From Marsupella aquatica (Eukaryota; Plantae; Marchantiophyta), in assembly GCA_973895155.1 (NCBI GenBank), contig OZ316899.1, positions 15,899,974 through 15,963,973 of the forward strand: 64,000 nucleotides of DNA, in the 5' to 3' direction. Of the stretch, positions 10,813-22,800 are shown piece by piece (position 1 is the first letter of the stretch; each line of letters starts with the position of its first letter). Under the pieces are notes generated by a model, which worked only from the letters and a program-made list of their open reading frames with translations, made no database searches and was not told the DNA's origin. A program made the position numbers and the translations under genes.

Positions 10813-11594
10813 AGTCGCGGAACTCAACTACCTTAACACTTGGCTCCGGCGTTGCTTACTCCGACTCCGAGCTCCCTGATGGTCCAGGCCCAGATAGGCC
10901 ATCCAGGGAGGACTTAGCATGGGGAGACTTGTGGGCAATGAGACGTGGCACTAGCGAGGCAAGGACTGTGGACCTTGGGGCTAAGACCGAGCCGAAGTCG
11001 TGAGCCGCGGCGGTCGCTACACTAAGGGAAACCGCCAAACGGAAATGGCGATATCTTCCCAACGGGAAGTCCGTTGGAGGAATTCTTGGGTGCATTGGAA
11101 AGCTCTTGAGGAGGGCTACGTCCTCCTGAGCTCAGTTGGGTCTGGGGGTGCCATGGGTTCTCGTGTTTTGCGGGTGTCAGCTTGCCCGCTTGTCGAATCC
11201 TGTCGAACAGCAGCCAAGCCGCGTTCAGTCTTCCAAGGGAGCTGGCGTTGGGGAGGCAAGGCCAAGTAGGTGCGGAGGCTGAGTTCCAAGGGTGCTCGGC
11301 CCCTAGACCACCAGTGGGGAAAACCGGGAGCGCTTGCTAGAGTCGGGGCCATTCTGGTCCCGGCGTGTTGGGACAAGCTACGCTATTTGGGCCATGAGCA
11401 TGTCCTGAGGTCAGGGCGGTCAGTTGGTGATGGATAGGTACAAGGGGGAACCCGGGCCGCGCCCAAGGAAGGAGCTATTCTGGACAAACAGTGGACCTCC
11501 CCGGATGGCCTATCCGGGCCTGGACCATAAGGGAGATTGGCGTCGGAGTCAGCAACGCCGGAGCTAAGTGTTAAGGTAGTCAAGTTGCACGACT
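10813..11594 (+). mobile_element. Putative 3' LTR of the chromovirus with ~100-bp terminal inverted repeats and AG..CT ends
   Basis: 10813-10911 is the imperfect reverse complement of 11496-11594. Follows a PPT, has no TSD, and the same right end recurs at 26524-26599. Confidence 0.55.
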
Positions 11595-12134
11595 GGATCC
11601 AACTATCCTAGAAGGCGGGGATAGCAAAGCCGAGGCCAGGACAGTCAGTGATGAAGCCAAGGTACCGGGTCCGCTGTTGATCAATTAGTGCCTCATGCGC
11701 ACACAATTTGACTCAAAAAAGGAGTCATAAGAATTGGAAGATAAAATTCTTGGTGTAGACTCTTCTCACCGGACAACGGGCATAATATTTTATTTACCAC
11801 CCTACATTTGGCACTCTCTATGAGGCCCAAAGGGCAATAATTCTTGAACTCACAGTCGCCCGCCGGGTCGGGGGGTCGGTCCTACGGAAAAGTGGTAATA
11901 CATTTTCATGTTTTGATGTTTGACATTTATGTATCCATTTCGGTAAAGTGGCTATCAAAGATTTGAAAACAATTGGTTATGCATAAATCGTCTTTTTTTT
12001 CTAAAACCGATAGATATATTTTTTCCATTTATATATATATATGTATTTGAAATTTTTTTATATATTAATTTTTAAGCGCCTTCAACATAGGTTAAAATCG
12101 GCCCCCTTTTTCATACATATCCACCACTAGAGCA

Positions 12135-13219
12135 TGCAGGGGAGGCCGTAGCCGTATTAGAGGTCATGGCCGATGCTGAGGCTGAAGCCGAGGGTGGACC
12201 TAGTTAGGCCGATGGAGAGTTGACTCGGTCTGGCGCAGGTAATCTGTCAGAAGGCGGACCTACGACAGTGGCTGCGGAGGAAGCGTTGGGGGCGTCCATT
12301 GAGGATCAGCCACCGCTACCATGACGGTGGTGGAGGGCTGCTCCTTTTAAGGAGGGTGGACGTGGAGGGAGGAGGCGTGAGTGGGCAGGGCGGGCTCAAA
12401 TCTCCAAGTTTAGACTTAGGTCAGGACCAAGAGGCGACCCTAACACTTAGATTAGTGGGATTGTGGATCCGCTGGTAAGAGCAACACTTGTGCTCCTGCC
12501 TTGCTGTACATAGGTAGATTACAGTTAGGATAGATTAGGCTTATGCTGCAAGGAATTAGGCGGATCCACTGCCAGGATAAGTACCTGGGCAGCGGGGAGT
12601 TGAGGGTCTTCTTCCTTAGCAAGTTTTTAGTGCACAAGCAGGCTGGGATCAAGTAGTTAAAGAAGCTCTCGGTTAGTTATACTGTGACACTTGTGTATAT
12701 TCATGTTTCCTCATGCCTAAGAGATGAATAGAGTTGGCCTCACGGCTTAGTTTGCAGATCTTGTGTATGAGAAGACTGTTTGTATGGCAAATGCATGGTA
12801 TAACTCAGTCAGAAGGAGTCATTTTGCTATTTATGTGTCGCATTAACTTGTTTGAAGATTGTCCACATCAACCAAGAGAATGGAGTAAGCAAGGTAGTAA
12901 GAGTTGGATGTGTCAAGCTGAGAGATGTCTTAGCGGCTTACCCAAGCCAGTTGGGGATCATTCTGGCGACGGAATCCAAACATACCTAAAGGAAGACCAC
13001 AAGAGGAAGAGAAGGGAAGGCATAGAATAGGCCGGCTACGTATCTCATGACCCGATGAAGGATCTATCCAGTATATGTGTGTAAAATGTTAGTAGTAGAA
13101 GGCTTAGCAGTGTCCCATGCCGCTAAGCCGTGGAACCGGCCTCGTCGAGAGCAAAACCTGCAGGAATCGGCTTGTGCAGGGGGGTTTCTTGGGTTTAGGG
13201 AGCCATGGGACGCACCACA
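12135..13219 (+). mobile_element. Older truncated family A LTR fragment (opposite orientation)
   Basis: Diverged reverse complement of ~5915-7030, ending ...GGGACGCACCACA at 13219. Confidence 0.85.
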
Positions 13220-13405
13220 CTGGACAAGGCTACCGATTCAAGGCATTAGTTGTAAGGAAGTTGGTTATGGGGGAATTGGGTGATCATTCGCTTGAGAGGG
13301 GAAGAGAAGACGCAGCTTCTGAGTTCCGGATTCGAGACTTGTGATAGGAATTCCGGAATTTCACTAGGATTTGGAATTCGTTTTCTTTCTCTCCATTGGT
13401 CATCA

Positions 13406-14915
13406 TGGTGAAGAGAAAGGATCCGGATTTATCCCTGGGAAAATCCAGAATCCGGACCTTGCCAAAGAGGTCTACGAAAGAGCAAACAAGAAGCCATTGC
13501 GACCAGAGATACCTTCGGATCAAGAGAGAAGGGATTGATTACAAAAGAACCTTGAGGCCATGGGCTGCGCAAAGTTGATGGAGTTTCCCTGGGGTCACCA
13601 GAGCGCTATATTCATCAAGGAGGTCCGGAACCGTTCCACCCTAAATCCGGAATTTTTGGATTCTATTAGAGCCAGATCGGGAAAGTGGATCGCTACAGTT
13701 ATCTTGTCGCTTTTGGATGTGCCTTTGAAGGGAGAAGGCTTCCTGACCTCTAAGAATGACTTCGCGGATAACTATTTTTGATGGAGAAGTCAATCCGAAA
13801 GATGGCTGGAAGGTGTCCCAGTGCTGTAATGAGGAGTTTTTCAACGTTCTGTCCTTTTTGCTCGCGCTTCTTTCCCCTGCCAAGCCTCGACGAGTTACAA
13901 TCCGGATTGGGAACACAATTGCTGCTTCTTACATAGGAGAGAAGAAGATTTCCCGGGCCAAAGTTTTGGAGGAAGTTATAGCCAAGGAGGTCTGGAATCT
14001 TCATTTGAAGACCCTCACATCCCTTTCTTGCTATCTGGCCAAACTTTACTCAATGGACCAGATGCTCACAGGTGAAGAAGCGGAGGAGTACGAGAATCAA
14101 GCCATGTTGCCTAAACTCAGAGATCCGGATTGACAACCATCTGAGGGGACTGAATCAGAAGAAGAACCGATTGTGGAAGTGCGACCTCCCAGGACGCACA
14201 AGAGATTAGTACAGAGTCCGGAACCGGATCCAGTCAAAGATCCGGAACCTGTCCGGAGACCTGAAAGTAGAGGGAGTCTTCCGGGTGTGACAACAAGCTC
14301 TAAATGGACGGCATCGGCAGAGTTGGAGCATGTCCGGATTTTTGTGGAGAGTGCCATCGGCAAGACGAAGCAACTGGAGGATCTTGTTGGAAAGGTTGTT
14401 GAGATGCTCAATTGCAGTCCGGTTGTCATCATTTCCACTTTGGACATGGTAATTAAAAGCCAGGCCAAGAAGAGGATCTGGGATTTGGAGATCAGGCAGT
14501 CAAGGACAGGTAGAAGATTGATTCCTTGGTGGACCAGTTGGATGTGGCCCAAAAGAAGTCGGAGGACCATCTCTAGATCCGGAAATTACTGAATGCTGCA
14601 GTTACTAGTGTTCAGGAGGCTATTCATGTACCGGCCCTGGACTTGTTGGAAGCCAACTTGATCGATAAGTACTTGGCAATAGCTAAACGAGGCACCCTCG
14701 CCAAGATTATTGAGTGCAATAACCACTTTTCCAAGAAGATCACAGGAGCATTTGATTAGATGGAGAAAGCGATTTTGGATGCGAAGTCCATGTTGACCCC
14801 TGCTAGAATCCGAAACATCTCCGGTGCTTCGAGATGAAAACAAAGCAGAAGGCACTCCACCCGGATTTGAGAAGGTTGAGTTCCGCTTTCCGTCGGTGTC
14901 ACCTTCAAACATCAA
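13406..14915 (+). pseudogene. Degenerate retrotransposon accessory ORF, family D
   Basis: Fragments FPWG..., LLDVPLKGEG, DGWKVSQC...FLLALLSPAKPRRVT...YLAKLY with stops and frameshifts. TCCGGA-rich. Its 3' part is duplicated at 26607-26940. Confidence 0.55.
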
Positions 14916-15199
14916 GTGGTGGACCTTGCCACCTAGCACCCTCACCAATCCCAGCACTCACGCCTAAGTGTCTCTGGTGCCCAAACGCCTCCACGGAATA
15001 CCTTGAGCAAGTAAACTAGTGCCCCTTGCACCGCCAACGGCCCCTCCCATACAAAGCCGCACTTGCTCTCTAACACAACCACTACTCAACGGTCCTCCCC
15101 ATCTGCACAAGCAACCAAGCACCTTGGTAAGTAACCCTTCAGGATCTAGAACTTGCCAAGTCTAGCATCCTAACTCAAGCTCAACAGACGTTGGTAAAT

Positions 15200-15707
15200 A
15201 GGTCAGCGATAGGTCCTCCCGATGCCAGAAGCCAAAACCAGAACCCAAGCCCACTATCCATCCAGGACAGTTCCTTCCTTGGGCGTGGCCCGGATTCCCC
15301 CTTGTACCCGGTCGGTAGAGATTTTCTGAAGCAAGTATAGACACCCTTGTAGACTGGGTAGTGCTGGACTCGCTATTGATGATGTCCCAGACCCGAGCGG
15401 GGATGTGGTCAAAGTGGTGCCGCTGTAAGTTGATCGTGCTCGGGATATTGAAGACCTCGTCCGGAAGCCGAAGCAGTGCCTCCCAAAAGCCGATATATTG
15501 CCTCCGTTGGAGAAGTACCCTGATATCTCTTTGGGTCGGTAAAGCTCTCTCTGGGACGGGTAATCAAAGTTAAGTAGATAGTCGTGGCGGCTTGCTAGGT
15601 GGATGGCTCTCTCGTATTTGCGTTCAATTTTGTATCGGTGCGGGTTGGCATGTTTCAATTAGTCGGCTAAGTGCCCTCTGATAGACAGTAACTACGTCCA
15701 GAATTGT
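15200..15707 (-). mobile_element. Family B LTR fragment, reverse orientation
   Basis: Homologous to 25560-26015 and reverse complement of ~16210-16700 (KHANP..YKIER..YERAI). Confidence 0.8.
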
Positions 15708-18700
15708 TGTGACGCCGCCGGTACAGCGAGTAATGAGTAATTCAGTCTGGACCACGCTTAGCACGCGCGTTAGGGGTATCTTAGGCCGCTATTATTAGCA
15801 TAACGACAGTATTTAGGTAACCATTATGAGTAGGAAATCATTAGTCAATAAGGGGAATTCATGTTCGGACTAGCGGTGTGTCGCCATTCGCACGGCCGGG
15901 TTGCGAGCGTGGAGGGGCCCCTCCCTCGGGTCCGTATAACAAACTTAGGGAAGCGGCCACTGACATGCGCTGACTCAGACCGGCGGAGTGGCCGGTACAC
16001 TACAAGCATGAACGGTTCAGCCTATAGGCAACGAGGAGACGTCGGGTGATCGACAAGCCCTCAAGGTATAAAAAGGGAGCCGACCCTTTGTAGTGCACTA
16101 GTCCATCAGTCCACGCGCCAGCTTCAACCCCAGCTCTCTCGTTCTCTCTTAGTCGCCACTGCTATCTCCTCTGAATGTCGCACACGATCCTCTCCAGTTT
16201 GGCCATTCGATTTTGGACGCAGTTCCTATCTATCGGAAGACACTTGGCCGACTCATTGAAACACGCCAACCCGCGCCAATACAAAATTGAACGCGAGTAC
16301 GAGAGAGCCATCCGCCTAGCAGGATGACACCACTATATCCTTAACTTTGACTACCCGTCTCAGAGCGAGCTTTACCGACCAGCAAAGGTATCTGGGTACT
16401 TCTTCAACGGAGACAAATATATCGGTTTTTGGGAAGCATTGCTTCGGCTTCAGGACGAGGTCTTCAATATCCCGGGTACGATCGACTTGCAATGACATCA
16501 CTTCGACCACATCCCTGCTCAGGTTTGGGCTTCATCAACAGCGAGTCCAGCACTACCCGTTCGACAAGGCCGTCTGCACTTGCTTTGGAGAACTTCTACC
16601 AGCACCTACAGAGCTTCATGGGAACTAGACCCTCAACCGCCGGCGTCGGCCCAGTCGACCCCATACCCTTACCCGCACCAACGCAGACTCAGGCTCAACT
16701 TCAGTCTCAGTCTCAGCCTCAGCCTAGTCAACCCCCACCGCCGATCGCCCCGCCAGTACAAGTACGCTCCATCATCAACGCTGTGGACCTTAGCAATGAC
16801 GACAAGGCTACCCCACCCTTGCTCAGGCGGCCCAGAGGAGCAAACACTCAGGGGGCCGACACTACATCGTCCCCTCCCCATGCTCGGACCCAAGGAGCGG
16901 CTCCAGCAGACAACACGGTGACCGTGGCCGCCCCGGGCCCAATACTAACGGCGGTAGCACTACCTATGCGCAATCAAGAGGATGGGGAGGTGTCACCCTC
17001 CCCGAGCCAGTCACGGGGGAAGAAGCAGAAGGAACCCGCCGCTGCATCCGGGTTACCATTGGCCACGGTAGCCGCGACCAAGGTGACAATGCACCGCATG
17101 GGGGAAAACGTGCATAAAAACATCCTCCATCCCAAACATGCGGTGTACCTGAAGACTCAGGGATTCGAGCACCTCGCCTCTCTCCCTTGGAATACTTGCA
17201 GGTACTATGGGGAGGACATGACAGAATTCGTCAAGAATTATGATGACGCACGTCAACATACTCGGCTGCAGGGAAGGAATATGTCCCTCACGGAAGAATG
17301 GCTCAAGATGATCTTCGGGTTACCCGAAGGTGACCACCGAGTCGAATCACGGGCTCCCGGGGGCAAGGGAGCCAAGTACCAATCCTCAAGTTTTCCCTCA
17401 GAGGGAGCAGTGGACAACTGGTTCGTGATGAGGACTTGCCTCATCCCCGAGATAGCTAAGCGATTGGAGTTCCAAAGGTACGCCCTCCACATGATGGAAC
17501 CCCGGGGGGAGATCTCCGCTGCCCAGGTTATCCAGGTCGAGAACTATCGACCTAGGAAGTGGGCGTCGTACTTCGCTAAGAAATTCCATGAAGAGATGGA
17601 GCGGCAAAGAAAGACGCTATACATTGGCGGGAAGGCGTATTTCGCTAGCCACATCGAGATCATTCTCGAGTGGTACGCTCGGTTTGATCAACAAACCCTT
17701 CCCCATGTCAACGTTACAAAGCTGGTCCCAGCTAGGTGGGTTTTCCCGGCCTTGGAGAGACGGCCCCAACCCAAGGCCCGAAGTCCAGCGGACACGCAGG
17801 CTTCACCCACCCCACCTCCACAAGTAGCTGTAGTCGTGATCGAGGAGGTACCGGATGGGTCGGTAATTGCAACCGTAGATGCGATTCAACAGGCCGGGCC
17901 AAGTACAGAAGTCGGTACAGCGGAGGCCTTACTCGAGCCCGGGTCTCCCAAAGACCCACCGGTGGCTATTCCGGAGAACCGGACATTGCTGCAGGAGGAC
18001 ACTCCAACCCCTTCCAACACTACGTCCCCAGGGCTGGATGTCACTGCCCCGGCCCCCGCGCGTGTTGACGTCTATCCATGCCCAACTCCGGACAGGCACA
18101 ACCTGGACCACCCGAAACTCTTCGTACCGGGTACATTTCTGAACGGGCTTCTGGGAGATTTCTCTCATCAAATTGCCCAGGATACCGGGGAGTTCATGGC
18201 CCGGAAGGTATCCTATTTCTTCAATCAGGAGTTGTTTGCCGCAATAAAGGCAGGTCGGGCCCAGTCAGAGGCCCTTCAGAGGATAGAGCGGTACCGGGTG
18301 GAGTCCGTATACTTAAAGAATGAAGTTGCGGCTCAAGAGGCTGAGCTTCTGCAACTACGACCCAAAGTTGCAACCGCCGATGAGTTGTTAGCGAAGGCGC
18401 ACGCCCTTACCGCCCTAGCCGAACAGGCCAAAGCTGGGAACGAGGCCGAGATTGCACGACTCCTGAACCAGATTGACAGTTTGAAGAATCAAACTGTCAT
18501 CTGGCAGAAAGACCTAGAGGAGGCCGAAGAACGGGCCCAGCGGGACACTGCGAAGATAGCCACGCTACAGGCCGAAGTGGCACGGCTCCAAACCAAAGCC
18601 GAGAAGCAAGACCAGCTGGTGGGCAAGCTGACGAGCGACGCCCAGCAGCTGGAGGAGGCATGCTAGGAGGCAGCGGAGGAGACGGACGTGGCGAAGCTCT

Positions 18701-19697
18701 GCTGGACCAGGTCCAGCTCCTCAAGGCGGACAACGATAGACTTTGTAAGCAGTGGGATGGCCGCTCCCACTCGGGCGGCTCTGGCAAGCGTGCCAGGCAT
18801 TAGCGGGAGAGTAGGAATAGAATAGGGTTAGGAATAGCTAAATCAGGCTATGGGGACAGGAACCTGCCCTAGTTAGAGCAGCACCGCCATGCTGTCCAGC
18901 CTGCGTAGGTTAGGATCTTCTAATAAGACACAACCCTTTTTTGGCCTGACAGTCAGATTAGTTAGGACCTAAGTCAGCGAATCTTCGAGTGGGAGGACAC
19001 TCTGTTCCTTGGCCCTTAGTATTTAGTGCACCCCTCGGTAGAGGCAGGGGGGTTTTTAGTCTCAGTATTGGACATCCGCGGTATGTGCGGGGAGTCCCGA
19101 CCTCTGGGAGTGGAAGAGTGCCAAGGGGAGGGTGTAAGACTAAGCTTGCTGGGCGAGTGCGGAGCCGGGCTCCGTTGTAGTGTACACCCTCGGCCTCGGA
19201 CCTGTTCACTCCAGAGCATTCGGGTCAACTAAGTGTACGCATATGTCTCTTATGGAGTAAAATCCCTTCCCGTTATTTCCTTCGTATAAATCGAGATTTT
19301 ATGCTTGTGCGTATGTATGTGTGTGAATCTCGTGTATAGGTGCCAACGCTTGACCGAACGCACTACCCAAGTAGTGCACGGGGTGCAGCTTGCGTGTAGT
19401 GGTTGCGAGCCCGGGTTGAGCACCCATACCACCAAAATCCGGATCAAAGGCGGACAATACGAAGGCTTAGAAGCCCTTAAGCCAGGGTCGATGCTGCTAT
19501 CGATTGAGGTACGTTCCGGCGGCGGAACACAAATCATACCTAGGAGGTGTCCGTATATGACGATAGGCGCACTTAGCGCTATTTTATGTAAGTTGGGTGC
19601 ATTCCGTGCCTCCCTCCCTGCCCAAACCCTCATTTTGACAAAGGATGTGCCTATTTAAGCCAAAGCCCGGAGTAAGGCCAAGGCTGACGACGTGACA
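15708..19697 (+). mobile_element. Putative 5' LTR (~4 kb) of a non-chromovirus Ty3/gypsy element, family B, containing an ORF
   Basis: Starts TGTGACGCCGCC and ends GACGACGTGACA (imperfect inverted TG..CA ends), followed by a PBS-like sequence and gag. The same start terminus recurs, inverted, at 26523. Confidence 0.7.
16175..18803 (+). pseudogene. LTR-embedded accessory protein of family B, homologous to the family A ORF
   Basis: ATG 16175 (MSHTILSS) follows TATAAAA near 16067. Stops near 16325 and 16492 and a frameshift near 16529, then the 745-aa frame with LASLPW...EFV...IFGLPEG...NWF...C and a C-terminal coiled coil. Confidence 0.75.
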
Positions 19698-19710
19698 TAG
19701 CCTTTGTTTT

Positions 19711-19729
19711 TAGCGCTAGATGGAGGGGG
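19711..19729 (+). promoter_or_regulatory. Primer-binding site (Tat-like)
   Basis: TAGCGCTAGATGGAGGGGG resembles the TGGCGCTAGAAGGAGGG-type PBS of Tat-lineage gypsy elements and lies between the LTR end and gag. Confidence 0.55.
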
Positions 19730-19826
19730 CACTCTACGTGTAGTAGAGGGGAGACATGTGCGGGTGCACCTGGACAGAATACACCAGGCCCGTGTGAGTT
19801 ACTAACCATCGCGTGTATATGAGTAA

Positions 19827-22800
19827 ATGCCTGTCACTCGTTCTCAAGCAGCCTACTTGAGGAGATTGACTAGCGAACGAGAGAGTGCAACCACAGCAAG
19901 CTCCGACTATTCAGGATTGGAGGATTTGCAATCACCTCGGCGAATGAACATACCATTAGGACCCTCGGGGTCCGGTCCAACCGGTCCTGCTCCAGTTCTT
20001 GCTGCACCACCGCCAGCACCGCCACCGCCACCAGTACCTATGGTAGCGGCCCCGCCGATGGCCCGCGCTGCCCAAGCTCCTCCACAAATATCGCAACGAT
20101 TGCGGTTTCATTATCGACCTTTCAAAGGGCGTCATGGGGATGATCCGGATGAATGGTTGGATGAGTTTGAAGCCACTGCTAAGGCTAACGGGGAAGACGC
20201 CATTAAGCTAACCGTCCTCCCTGGAGTGATGTGGGGAGAAGCTTGTCCATGGTACAACTCGCTGCCACCCGGTACTACATGGGCACAATTCCAAGCTGCG
20301 TTGCTGCAAGAATTTTGTGCTATTGGATCCGAGTAGCGCTCTTTATTAAAGATTGGCCAGCTTCGCATGGGAAAACAAGAGTCCCTGCGAAAGTTCATTC
20401 AGAAGTTTCAGAAACTTGCTGCCAAGATACGGCCCAGGCCTGGTGACGCACTCCAGCTTACGTGGTTCCTCCATGGTTTGCCCACAAATATGCAATTTTG
20501 GGTGCGCCAGAATAACCCAATTTCAATGCAAGCAGCCATAGCGTGCGCCGAAACCTACCGGGAGTCCACCTATAACTCCCGGCGAAGCCAGCGGGCACGC
20601 CGCAGGAAGGGCAAGTACGAGACCTTCAGTGACAGTGACTCCGAATCAGACGACGAGAAGAAGAAGCCATCTGAGATCCGAGCCGATGCGTGGTGTTCAA
20701 AGTGCTTCCAATCCGGGCATGTCGTGCAAGAATGCCCAAGATGGAAGAACCGAGTTCACCAGGTGGAATTAGATGATGTCGACAACCCGGGACCTAAAGC
20801 GGAGTCCACGGAGTATTTCTTTGAAGACCCTCCTGATTCGGTGTATCAGATTTCAATGGTGGGTCCGCGTAACTTAGGAGGTAGAACTGCATACCCCTAC
20901 CCAAACAATGGCCAAAGTTTCCAAGTTATCAGTAATCCTAGCATTCCCCCTAAACCAGGGATTTGGCGATCCCCGGTTTGTTACAACTGTGAGAAGCCAG
21001 GCCACTTTGCGAGGGAATACACAGAACCAAGACGCCAGGGGGATGGCCGTGGCATGCCACTATGTCAAGTCTGCAAAACGGAAGCTCATTCCACGGCCAA
21101 TTGTCCATTGGTAATAGCCGCTCAAACAAATGGAGCAAGACCAGCTCAGGGCGGACCGGCCACGAGCGATGCAGTCGTCCAAATGATTGCTGTGGAATGG
21201 CAAGATGACAACACCGAGTGGGTGAATCTGGTGGACATGGCGGAGCACCCTAATCCATCTGACGAGGCTGAGTGCTATCGAGTGTCAACAAGAGCCGAAC
21301 GGAAGGAAGAGAAGCAAGAGGAGAAACGCAGGAAAAAGCAAGATACTACTCCGGTGTAGCCAGCGATAGACATACCCCCAGAGAAAGATGATGACTACCG
21401 TAGGGACGACCCGAAGCTATTTTTCCCCCGCATCGAAGAAATGGTAAAGAAACAGCTGGAGGCCTACAAAGCTCGGGAATACCAGAAGGCAATCGATAAG
21501 GACATCAAAGCAGCTGAAGCCGCCCGACGACAGGAGCAAGAAAAGCAAGAAAAGTAGGAGGAAGTCAAGCAGCAGCCAAAGGAAGAAAAGAAGGAGGACT
21601 ATGATATTAAGGAAGACGTGAAGAGTTGCCCGGTTACAGCAACAGTAGGACAACTGCTACAAAACAATCCACAGTACCGATGGCAACTGAGGGAGTTGCT
21701 TACGGGTCGACGAAGGAGGCGACTACCCCGTGTTGGGATCGCGGATTGCAACATGATATGCGAGGACCTAGGAGCGCCGGACATCTCGATTGAAATTAAT
21801 AATTGTACCATCAAGATGGTTCTCGTGGACGGAGGAGCGGGCGTCAACATCATGACTGAAGAAACATCAGTCAAGTTAGGATACCTCACGTATCAAACCA
21901 CGGCCCGAGCTATCAGATTAGCAAACGGGGCAAGGGTCCTCCCATTAGGCACGCTCACACGGGTGCTCACTCTGGTGGGAGGGGTGGAGTTCTATCTCAA
22001 CTTCCTAGTCATGAGGCCGGTTCAGCCCTCCTCTTATCCGGTCCTCCTAGGCAGGCCGTGGCTGTACGGTGGCCGTGTAGTCACGGATTGGGGAAAGAAG
22101 GAGCTACGGTTTGGGACACCCACAGTACGGGTATCATGGGCAATGGACGATTACCAGGGCGAAACTCCACAGGGACCCGAGGAATATGATTTGGAGACCT
22201 CGGAGGAAGAGGAACTCAATATGATTGAACTCATCTTGTCCCTATCCGAGGAAGATGTCTTTGGAGTTGAGGCAACCCGGGAAACACATCTCTTGAATTA
22301 CCCGAAGGCTACTATTGAGTCCACCCCGAGCACCTCCACCACCCGGGATGAGAAAACGCAAAAACAACCGATCAATACGGAGGACACGGCTCCAGCTAAG
22401 CAGGGCGCCGATGCTGGTTCTACCAGTGTAGAGCCTCGTGACCACGAACCGGCCAAACAACCGCCCGATGCCAAAAACCTGAGACCAAGACATAAGAAAC
22501 ATCCGTCCATCCCACAATTGGAGGAAGTGACTCCAATACCGAAACCAATCCCGGTTCCACCCATGTACGAAGGAGTTCGGTTAGTTGAACTTGATGCGAG
22601 CCTGGACCCAAGCTTGCGGAACCAGGTTGAAGTCATCAGGAAGGAGCACTACCGGAAGTACACCATTGGGATGGATAAGTCTTTTAACCTGGGCCACGCT
22701 CTGACTGGGGAGGCAGAAAAATCTATCCAAGCTTTGCTCAAGGAATATGAAGATGTGTTTGCATGGAGCCATCACGATTTAACCGGAGTCTCCTCGAGTT

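Noticed and set aside
11690-12130. AT-rich segment, possible MITE or Helitron remnant
   Set aside because: No convincing termini or TSD found.
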